64,000 nucleotides of DNA from an uncultured Clostridia bacterium (lineage in GTDB: Bacteria; Bacillota; Clostridia; Christensenellales; UBA1242), in NCBI GenBank assembly GCA_944377415.1, contig CALWEW010000001.1:35604-99603 (forward strand), read 5' to 3'. Below are positions 51,680-59,667 of this stretch, piece by piece. Under the pieces are notes generated by a model. The model ran no database searches, was not told where the DNA came from, and worked only from the letters and a program-made list of their open reading frames with translations. Within the stretch, counting starts at the first letter, position 1, and every line of letters starts with the position of its first letter. A program made the position numbers and the translations under genes.

Positions 51680-51708
51680 TTGCTATAAATAAAACTTTAT
51701 GATATAAT
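51680..51708 (+). promoter_or_regulatory. Sigma-A promoter of tRNA-Leu
   Basis: TTGCTA-17 bp-TATAAT. Confidence 0.7.
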
Positions 51709-51722
51709 GAATTTATAAGCAT

Positions 51723-51809
51723 GCCGAAGTGGCGAAATTGGCAGACGCAGCAGACTCAAAATCTGCCGAGAGCAATCTCATGTCGGTTCGAGTCCGACCT
51801 TCGGCACCA
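51723..51809 (+). tRNA. tRNA-Leu (CAA)
   Basis: GCCGAAG acceptor, GCAGA-CTCAAAA-TCTGC anticodon arm, long variable arm, encoded CCA; 87 nt. Confidence 0.96.
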
Positions 51810-51815
51810 ATAAGC

Positions 51816-51840
51816 AAAAGCCTTTAAATTAAGGGCTTTT
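51816..51840 (+). terminator. tRNA-Leu terminator
   Basis: AAAAGCCTTT-aaatt-AAGGGCTTTT. Confidence 0.75.
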
Positions 51841-52089
51841 TTACTTATTAAATTTTAGGTGCAGTTTAGGTGCACAAAATAATCTAAAACTTTGAACAAT
51901 GATTTTTTGTTTACACTCTGTTTGTTCATTTTTTCACTTTCTCAATTGCAAATTTATTACTTCTATCTGGTTTACGAATATTTTTTCGTAACACAAAATC
52001 AAAAATAAGTAAAGGATTCTTTTGTTCTAGTTTTTTACATCAAACAACAATAAAATATGATTGGAAAAGAGAAGCCAAATCATAACAAA

Positions 52090-52545
52090 TTATCTTATAA
52101 CTCCACAGGCAATGCGCGTTCCACTATCCCCTGCGGGTTGTGAACGAAAATCATCTGCTTGTGAATGAATTATAACAGTTTTACCAGCGATTTCACGAAT
52201 AGAGAACTTATTAATTAACACAGCGCTTAGCGCATGACCGCTATTAGAATAAAGCGGAGGCAAATCACCCGCATGATTTGGATGCTGCGCATTTTTAGGA
52301 TTGTAATGAGCGCCTGCGTTTGCAAAATTATTTGGCGAAGTGCAACTTCCATTTTCATGAATATGTAATCCCAAAAACTTATTTGGCGGCAAACCGAAAA
52401 CATCAAATAAACAAATTACACCGTACTTTGTACCCCAAAAATACGCATTTCCATCTATCTTATCGCCTTCAATTTTAGCAGTTAAATCAGATTTAGAGCG
52501 AATTTTTGCCAAAATCTGCATAGTTTCCAAATTAACCATAACCAC
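52090..52545 (-). CDS. sodC: Cu/Zn superoxide dismutase without signal peptide
   Basis: GLHIHE, AGAHYNP, QHPNHAGDLP, VIIHS..DD, GDSGTRIACGVI; all expected metal ligands present. Confidence 0.93.
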   Translation of the reverse strand: MVMVNLETMQILAKIRSKSDLTAKIEGDKIDGNAYFWGTKYGVICLFDVFGLPPNKFLGLHIHENGSCTSPNNFANAGAHYNPKNAQHPNHAGDLPPLYSNSGHALSAVLINKFSIREIAGKTVIIHSQADDFRSQPAGDSGTRIACGVIR

Positions 52546-52669
52546 CCCTACAAGAATGTTTATATGAAAAAACTTTCTAAACTGTGCTTAGTTGTATATA
52601 TGCGCAATGACTTTTATTAAATAAAATATGTAAAAAAAGATAAATGCAAATAACATTTATCAAAATACT

Positions 52670-53818
52670 TTATTTCTCCTGCTCTTGAAAATCAAAACTG
52701 TTTGTCATCACTTTTTTATTTGTTGAAAATTTATTTTTTACATAATTTTGCATAACTTGTAAAAAATCTAAACCTAACACAGCATGGCAAGCACTATCAA
52801 CATTTAATGTGTGGGTATTATCCAAATAATCTTGAAACTTATCAAGCATCGCAACTTGCTTATGCGCATCAGCTTTCTCAAATTCACGCATCCACTGGTC
52901 AGCAACAACTCGACCTACAACATACCTAAACATATATGAGCTATCTCTTGAACTACCATTCATCCTGTTTAGTCGCTCAATTAGTTTGTTTCGTTCACTA
53001 CCACTTGAATTTTCTACTAAATCATTCAAATTTTCAGCTGTCACAGGTCGGTTTAAAACTTTTAAAATTTCTTGCTCTTCAGTAATCAGTGTGGTTTCAT
53101 TAAGCAAACTATTCACTTGCCCGTTTTTATAATTTAATAAATCGTTTTCGTTGTAAATTCCTTTTGCAAGCAAATATCTATTAAGCAAACCTTCGACTAT
53201 TAAACTTTCGATTTCAACTATACCGTCGCGCTCAAAATCTTTTTTTGAATATTCGTTAATTTCCGCATCGGACTCTCCCGTGCGACAAAGTTCTGCGAAT
53301 TTTTCATTATGAGAACTGAGTGCATGAGCCAATTCATGTGCCGTTACTCTAATGTCATCAACAGAATCACGCAAAACAACCTTAAAGTCTAGGCAAGAAT
53401 TTCGCCCACGGTGCCCAACATAACTACCCGAATCATCTTTGCTTGCATACTCAAATTTAACATGAGAATTACCATCACTATCTATAAAATAAGGATGCTT
53501 CTGCTCTAATATTAATTTAACTTCGGGCGCTTTTTTAGGCAAATAAGTTGAGTAAAATTCATTCAAATATTGAGCAATAATTTTCTCATCAAGAAACAAT
53601 TCCTTTTCTGGCTTGCATTGTTCAAAATTTAAACTTTTTTGAATCCCTTTAACAAGGTCTAATTTAGATAAATTACTTGAATCTTTCTGCGTTATAAATT
53701 TAGAGAATTCAGCGGCCTTGCTAATTTCAAGCTTTCGTTCTAAATTTTTTGCAAATTCGTCATCAAAAGCAAATTTTACCTCATCATTGTCTTTGCTTCT
53801 TTTTAAAAAACTAAACAT
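52670..53818 (-). CDS. Putative gluzincin metallopeptidase (divergent M3/PepF-like)
   Basis: TAHELAHALS (HExxH), downstream VEIESLIVE, and late YMFRYVVG. Confidence 0.55.
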   Translation of the reverse strand: MFSFLKRSKDNDEVKFAFDDEFAKNLERKLEISKAAEFSKFITQKDSSNLSKLDLVKGIQKSLNFEQCKPEKELFLDEKIIAQYLNEFYSTYLPKKAPEVKLILEQKHPYFIDSDGNSHVKFEYASKDDSGSYVGHRGRNSCLDFKVVLRDSVDDIRVTAHELAHALSSHNEKFAELCRTGESDAEINEYSKKDFERDGIVEIESLIVEGLLNRYLLAKGIYNENDLLNYKNGQVNSLLNETTLITEEQEILKVLNRPVTAENLNDLVENSSGSERNKLIERLNRMNGSSRDSSYMFRYVVGRVVADQWMREFEKADAHKQVAMLDKFQDYLDNTHTLNVDSACHAVLGLDFLQVMQNYVKNKFSTNKKVMTNSFDFQEQEK

Positions 53819-53968
53819 ATTAATGTTTATCCCCTTAACAAAAGATTTACTACCAACAAGGCGTATAATTGTGAAGAATTTTGTTATTATAAATATTTTA
53901 AATTACAAAAAATTTAAACTTATAAATAATGAAAGCAAATTAAATATTTATTTAAACTAAAATTATAA

Positions 53969-54012
53969 TGGTGTTCCCGGCGGGAATCGAACCCACATTT
54001 GTCACTTAGGAG
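53969..54012 (-). repeat. att core duplication (3' 44 nt of tRNA-Arg, anticodon loop to CCA)
   Basis: TGGTGTTCCCGGCGGGAATCGAACCCACATTTGTCACTTAGGAG, identical to 59463-59506. Confidence 0.96.
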
Positions 54013-54215
54013 AACTCACTCTACCTGAGGGGCTTGAACAAACTTTGTATTATCTTACATTTTGTTTAATAGTTTTTGTGTGTCGACTGGTTGTTTTTGC
54101 GATTGTTTTCAATAACTTTTGTATCTTGCAATAATTTTCATAAAAAACTATTGATAAATTATTGATAAAATAGTATTTGTCCTTTTAAAAATTAAAATAA
54201 AAAGGAGCAAAAGTT

Positions 54216-54686
54216 ATGAATAATCAACAAATCAAAACTACACAAGAAATGAAACTACCACACGAGCAAGCAAGGGACTTGTTTATGTCGATACAAAAAC
54301 AAAGCGGAGCAGCAATAAAACCTATTGGAGTGTTTCAATTCTTTTATAACTATATCACAACTATTTCAAAAAGTAAAATGAATAGAGTAAAAGCAAGAAA
54401 TATTGCCGATGTCTATTGTGTACTGCAAAATGAATTCTTTATTACAAATGGTAGTAAGAAACCACACGAATGGTTTTATATGACACAATCTCGCTGGGAT
54501 AAATATGGACTTGGTCGAAAGGCAATTCAAAATAGTGTAAAATTTTTAAGTGAGAATATGTTTATTGAAACCACTGTAAGAACACACCCCTACATTCCAC
54601 AAAATAAACTTAGATGGTATAAACTGGATTTGGAATGGCTCAAATATATTGCAGATTATACTGAAAATAACAACCCTAAAAATTAG
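54216..54686 (+). CDS. Putative winged-helix replication initiator (phage/plasmid Rep N-terminal-like), possibly truncated
   Basis: WFYMTQSRW..YGLGRKAIQNSVKFL...FIET...P..K.RWYKLD resembles phage replication-initiator wHTH domains; AAGGAG RBS. Confidence 0.5.
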   Translation: MNNQQIKTTQEMKLPHEQARDLFMSIQKQSGAAIKPIGVFQFFYNYITTISKSKMNRVKARNIADVYCVLQNEFFITNGSKKPHEWFYMTQSRWDKYGLGRKAIQNSVKFLSENMFIETTVRTHPYIPQNKLRWYKLDLEWLKYIADYTENNNPKN

Positions 54687-54999
54687 TGTTAGCAACAAGG
54701 AGCAAGAAACTAAATTAGAGACTAGTTATTATTTGCACGCTACTTGTAGACACCTAGCATACAAAAGATTGTTATATGCATCTTGTAAAAAACAAGGTGC
54801 ATAAAGAAAGAGAAATAAGAGAAGTAATTACTTGCAAGCCTCTTGTTGAAAACAAGGGGCTTCTATACTTTATCTATATGTTGTCTATACTAGTTAGAAC
54901 TACAGATTTACTCGTTGCTACCCCATTGCAACCACAAAATATAAAGTTTTAATATACTCATCTACTAGTATATGCTACTACAGTTGAACTACAGATTTA
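54684..54999. repeat. Iteron-like repeats (putative origin)
   Basis: 20-mers TCTTGTAAAAAACAAGGTGC (54781) and TCTTGTTGAAAACAAGGGGC (54841), a degenerate copy at 54684, and a 14-bp direct repeat GAACTACAGATTTA at 54897 and 54986. Confidence 0.5.
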
Positions 55000-55080
55000 G
55001 TCAAGTAAAACATTTGTTCTATAGGTTTGACTTTAAATTAAAAATATGGTATATTATAAAAATAAAGGAGATAGGACAGA

Positions 55081-55461
55081 ATGACAACAAATGAAGTAAA
55101 CAACAACTTAAAGGAAGTTTTAAAGCAAATAGATAAAAAAGATAAGGAGCAATTTAGAAAAGACTTACAGGCAATAAATAAAAAAGCTGACAAATTGGAT
55201 TCTATTTTTAAAAATATTTCCGATTGGTTTGGTTTATTTTTTTCAATTGGAATTGATAATAAAATTACTAAAATTATTAATGATATAGCTGAAAATATTG
55301 AAAATCCTAAGCTTGATAGTTCGATTAAAGAAGAGATAGAAAATCTAATTTCAAAGTTTTTAGATAAAGGGACACCAGAAACTAAAAATTTAAATCTTTC
55401 AAATACAAATCAAGGAAAAAATTTATGGGAAGAGACAAAAAAAGTGAGAAAAGCCCTGTAA
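55081..55461 (+). CDS. Hypothetical coiled-coil-like protein, 126 aa (element cargo)
   Basis: AAGGAG RBS, TTGACT/TATATT promoter candidate upstream. Confidence 0.7.
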   Translation: MTTNEVNNNLKEVLKQIDKKDKEQFRKDLQAINKKADKLDSIFKNISDWFGLFFSIGIDNKITKIINDIAENIENPKLDSSIKEEIENLISKFLDKGTPETKNLNLSNTNQGKNLWEETKKVRKAL

Positions 55462-55960
55462 GAAAAACTTTCAATAAAAAGACAATAATTGTATTTAAAG
55501 TTATAGCAGTCATTTTAGCTCCAATAATTTATGAACTACTAGTTTTTGGAATAAGTAAACTAAGTCTCGGCACAGCCTGGGAAGAAATGATGAATTTAAA
55601 TTTAACCCCAAGCACTATGTGGCAATTTTTAAGTACAAACTTTTGGACATATTTTTCATTAGTTTTATGTAGAATTATTATTTATACATTGCCCGCAATC
55701 CTATTTTTTCCTTTTACTTTTATTAAGAGAGACAAAAGAAAAAGCATATTCAAAACTTTTTAAAATGCTTAAATTTACAATTCTTAGGATATTTAATTTA
55801 TCAAGGTTTAGCAGTTATATTTGCCCTTGATTATTTGATTGGGCTTGAGCCATTTTCAAACATAGCAATTTTTATGTCAATGTTTGGTTATATTGCAACC
55901 GTATCAAGAAATAAAAATAACGATGTAGAATTTGGCAAAATTAATGATAACGAATTTTAA
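55425..55960 (+). pseudogene. Frameshifted multi-TM membrane protein (element cargo)
   Basis: The ORF 55425-55763 continues in another frame from 55727 (ERQKKKHIQNFLKCLNLQFLGYLIYQGLAVIFALDYLIGLEPFSNIAIFMSMFGYIATVSRNK...*, stop 55958-55960); one added base at ATTAAGAGAG restores it. Confidence 0.65.
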
Positions 55961-56008
55961 ACATTGTAAGGGTTTTCTACAATGTTTATTTTTTAATTGC
56001 AAGATTTC

Positions 56009-56038
56009 TTGACTTTTTAAATATAAAAGTGCTATCAT
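56009..56038 (+). promoter_or_regulatory. Sigma-A promoter driving the structured leader and GIY-YIG gene
   Basis: TTGACT-18 bp-TATCAT with extended -10 TG. Confidence 0.65.
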
Positions 56039-56041
56039 AAA

Positions 56042-56190
56042 GTTGCGACACAATTGAATAATTTATACCCAAAGAGTGAAAGATTTTTTTGCTATTCATA
56101 CAAATTCTTCCACACCCTTTGGGTTCAATTGTGTCGCAACAATTGGAAGGTTTGTTCTTGGATAGACTGTGCCTTCCGTTTGGGAGGCAC
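56042..56190 (+). ncRNA. Structured leader RNA upstream of the GIY-YIG nuclease
   Basis: Perfect 17-bp inverted repeat (56042-56058 / 56124-56140), inner ACCCAAAG/CTTTGGGT, then hairpin GTGCCTTCC-gttt-GGGAGGCAC that hides the SD. Confidence 0.55.
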
Positions 56191-56199
56191 TTTTATTTT

Positions 56200-56856
56200 A
56201 TGGATAAGAAAGGTTTTGTTTATATTTTAACCAACCCTTGTTTCAAAGAAAATTGGGTAAAGATTGGGCAAACAGACAATTTAGATAGAAGAATTTGGGA
56301 ACTTTCACAAGCAACAGGAATACCTTTGCCCTTTGAAATGTATGCAGTATTAAAAACTACTAAATATAAACAAGCTGAACATATGATACATAGACTTATT
56401 GGTAAACTTGCACCAGACAAACGCATCAACCCCAAAAGAGAATTTTTTAATATTGAGCCAGAAGATGCGGTTTCAATTATGAAAGATATTGCAAGTCTTA
56501 TTGATGACGCTGAAATTATTTACAATGAAAAAATAACTACTGAAATAACAACAGAAAAACAACACGGAAAGAAAGCTCCACGAAAAACTTTTTATAGTAT
56601 GGGTATCAAAAATGGAGATATTATAGAATTCACTCTTGACCCACAATACAAAGCAACAGTATGCGGAGAAAGAACAGTAATGTTTGAGAACAAAGAATAC
56701 TTTTTAACACCTCTTGGTATTTTACTATTACAAAGAGTTGGGCACAGCGAAGAACAAGCAAGACAACTTGGAAGCGGTTTTGGAGTTTTCAAATTTGATA
56801 GCCAAGACAACAACCTTTATGATCGTTGGGAAAGGCTAAACGGAAACAAATATTAA
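56200..56856 (+). CDS. GIY-YIG family nuclease (T5orf172-like) with an extra C-terminal domain, 218 aa
   Basis: Start MDKKGFVYILTNP at 56200; WVKIGQT, RRIWEL..ATGIPLPFE, AEHMIH, KREFF. Confidence 0.85.
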   Translation: MDKKGFVYILTNPCFKENWVKIGQTDNLDRRIWELSQATGIPLPFEMYAVLKTTKYKQAEHMIHRLIGKLAPDKRINPKREFFNIEPEDAVSIMKDIASLIDDAEIIYNEKITTEITTEKQHGKKAPRKTFYSMGIKNGDIIEFTLDPQYKATVCGERTVMFENKEYFLTPLGILLLQRVGHSEEQARQLGSGFGVFKFDSQDNNLYDRWERLNGNKY

Positions 56857-57050
56857 GCAATTTATCGCTTGCCCTCGTTGCTTTATCGTTGCTCACTCAA
56901 TTTGTATCAACTCAATAAAACATACCACAAAAATAAAAAGACACCGCCAAGCAAAGATTTGAGAAAGCAAAAAAAGTTTAGTTCGTAAGGCTTTACAACA
57001 CAAAAATGCTTTTTTATAATAATCAAAATTTATTAAAAGGAGAAAAAATT

Positions 57051-57266
57051 ATGAAATGGATAAAATGGCTTAATCTTGCTCAAACAATTTTACTAGTTAT
57101 TGTTGGCATTTTACTTGCTAATTTTAAAACTATCACAGAAGCGGGAATGATAGTATTTGAAATTTTCGTTATACTATCACTTGTTTTGTCAATCGTAATG
57201 TTAGTTATGCACTTTAAGAAAAACAAAAAGCAAAAGCAAGAAGAAAAAAAGAACGAAGAAAAGTAA
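57051..57266 (+). CDS. Small 2-TM membrane protein with Lys/Glu-rich tail, 71 aa
   Basis: AAAGGAG RBS before the ATG at 57051; two hydrophobic helices, then HFKKNKKQKQEEKKNEEK. Confidence 0.7.
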   Translation: MKWIKWLNLAQTILLVIVGILLANFKTITEAGMIVFEIFVILSLVLSIVMLVMHFKKNKKQKQEEKKNEEK

Positions 57267-57671
57267 AAAGTTTTGATTTTCTAGGTCGCTGCACTTTACT
57301 TTGAAAAATGCTTATACTACAATATTGCTATGAAACAAGCAATTCCACCAAAGATAGATTTTTTAATAAAAATGCCGAAAGACACTCTCAAAAAGGGTGT
57401 CTTTTTTAGTTTTTTCAAAAAAAATTCAACTTTTTTAAAAAAATTTTATCAAAATGCCCATTTTAGGACTGCAAATCGCTATAATATATATAGGAGGGTT
57501 TTTCAAAAAACCACCCAACTAAAGATTTTTAGCAAACGCAAAGCCAACAGGCAGCAACTGCTTTTATATATAAATAATTTAAAATCGATTGCTTTTCGCT
57601 ATCTTTTTCTTTCGTGCGTGAGTGCAACCACAAAGAAGCCCAAATTAAATTTAAAAGGAGGGTTTCTTTTT

Positions 57672-57938
57672 ATGCGTTCATTTATAGATTCAACCATAAG
57701 GAAACAATACAAAACACAAAACTGTGATACTCAAAAGATAAGAGAAAACTCTGCAAGATATAGAACAATCAATGCCACTGTAAAAGAATTAAAGGAGATA
57801 GACCCAAACACTTGCATATCTACCTATTTTATTCGCTGTCTTTGCAATTCTAAAAAAGTTCTTTCTCTAACTGCTGGAAACAAAGTTTTAGTCAATTTTG
57901 ATGACCTTCTAAACTATTTACAAAAAGGAGAAGGATAA
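57672..57938 (+). CDS. Excisionase/Xis-like DNA-binding protein, 88 aa
   Basis: AAGGAGG RBS before the ATG at 57672; RTINATVKELKEIDPNTCISTYFIRCLCNSKKVLSLTAGNKVLVNFDDLLNYL; ends 1 nt before the integrase start. Confidence 0.7.
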   Translation: MRSFIDSTIRKQYKTQNCDTQKIRENSARYRTINATVKELKEIDPNTCISTYFIRCLCNSKKVLSLTAGNKVLVNFDDLLNYLQKGEG

Positions 57939-57939
57939 T

Positions 57940-59352
57940 ATGGCAAGTATACCTAAAAAACCAAGAATTAAAAAAGATGGGACAGAAGTTTATGACATTC
58001 AAGTTTATGTTAAGGATTCAAAGCAAAAGATATTTTACAAAACATATACTCGTGAGCAAGGCATAACCGAAAACGAGAATAGAAGAAGATTAAATGCTTT
58101 TGCAGTAAACTTTGAAAACGAAGTGCGAAACAAAATTGCAGAACAAAAACAAGCATTTCTTCGCAATAAACAAGAAATAACTTTTAAAGAATTCTCTTTA
58201 AAATGGTTAAGAAGAAGCGAACAAAAGGACTCAAAAACATCAGTTGTAAGAAACACAAAAATTGTGGAAGATTTAAATGCTTTAATAGGAAATCTTAAAA
58301 TGAAAGAAATTCAGCCACTCGATATTCAAGAAATTTTAGACTATCTAAACAGCAAGAAAATCATAAAAGAAACAGCAGTTTTAAGGAAATCAATTGATGA
58401 AATAATAAAACATACAAATGTTGATAAACTTTGCAGAGAAAATGATTTTAGCACTTGCACAATTTTCTATGCAAAGAAAGGACAAACTATTCAATGGATA
58501 AATGCAGTTAAAATTTGTAATGCTTTAAAACTCAATGTAAACGAATACTTTATAAAGAAAGTAGAAGAAAAACCATATTCTAAAGGCAGTAAGTTAGTTT
58601 ATCGCAAAGTTTTAAACGCAATTTTCAACTTTGCAATAGAAACAGATTTGATAGATAAAAACCCTTGTAAGTTTGTTTTAAAACCAAACAATCTAAGTGG
58701 CGAGATAAAAGAGAAAGATATCTTATCACTTGAAGAAACAAAACAATTACAAAACACTTTAAAATCAATGAATAATGTTGAAGATTTAAAAAAGAAAACA
58801 GTGGTGGCAATGTTTTTAGCACTAGGTCTAAGACAAGGTGAACTTGTTGGTCTTCAATGGAAAGATATAAATTGGGATACGAAAAAGATTACAATCAACA
58901 GAAGTTCAACCTATACTGGCTCAAAATATGGCATAGTCACCAAAACACCTAAAACAAAAACATCTATCAGAACGCTCCCTATTCCACAAAGTTTAATGGA
59001 AATCATACTAGAATACAAAAATTGGTATGATAACGAACACAACAGATTTTATGAAATATGGGATAATGAAAATGAATGAGTGTTTGTAAAAACAACAGGG
59101 CAACAAATATTTCCACGCACAACAACTGGGTGGCTTGACTATGTTTTAAATAAAGGTGGTATTAGACATATTGGTTGTCATTCATTAAGACATACCTTTA
59201 TTACAACATTACTAAGAAAAAAAGTGCCAGTCAAAGTTGTGGCAAAATTTGCTGGACACGCAAACCCAAATGTGACTTTATCAACTTATGCACATTTCTT
59301 AGACGAAGATAATGACGAGGCTTCACAAGTTATGGACGAATTTTTGAAATAA
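57940..59352 (+). pseudogene. Tyrosine integrase interrupted by one in-frame TGA (59077-59079)
   Basis: R in LGLRQGEL and K in KTPKTK lie before the stop; HSLRH, GHA and TYAH lie after it in the same frame. 470 aa if read through. Confidence 0.9.
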
Positions 59353-59433
59353 CCATACAAAAAACATACTTTTTAGGTATGTAATCTTTTTATGGCAAGT
59401 TTAGAAAAAGGAGAAAAATATGTATTATTATAG

Positions 59434-59458
59434 AAAAAGACCACCTTAAATGGTGGTC
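59434..59458 (-). terminator. Terminator downstream of tRNA-Arg (inside the element)
   Basis: GACCACC-ttaaat-GGTGGTC with an A-run on the plus strand. Confidence 0.7.
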
Positions 59459-59462
59459 AGTT

Positions 59463-59537
59463 TGGTGTTCCCGGCGGGAATCGAACCCACATTTGTCACT
59501 TAGGAGGCGACTGTTCTATCCTTTGAACTACGAGAAC
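59463..59537 (-). tRNA. tRNA-Arg (CCT), integration target
   Basis: GTTCTCGTAGTTCAAAGGATAGAACAGTCGCCTCCTAAGTGACAAATGTGGGTTCGATTCCCGCCGGGAACACCA; 75 nt, A20 present. Confidence 0.96.
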
Positions 59538-59667
59538 ATAAAATGCATGATTTATCATACATTTTTTATTTTCAACTTCATTTTTAGTGTTTTTAAACTT
59601 ATATTTTAAGGTTAATACTCCAATTTTTCACCAATTTAATTTGTAAACGAATAATTTTTCATTATTA

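Larger units (their letters stand above)
53969..59506. mobile_element. About 5.5-kb integrative element inserted in the 3' half of tRNA-Arg(CCT)
   Basis: Identical 44-bp direct repeats at 53969-54012 and 59463-59506; integrase and Xis adjacent to the tRNA; strongly AT-rich cargo. Confidence 0.93.

Noticed and set aside
56089-56199. Track's 37-aa N-terminal extension of the GIY-YIG gene
   Set aside because: It runs through the hairpin leader; the SD and family similarity point to the ATG at 56200.
57330-57671. Track's 114-aa N-terminal extension of Xis
   Set aside because: It is low-complexity K/F-rich sequence covering hairpins and a promoter-like region; a strong AAGGAGG precedes the ATG at 57672.
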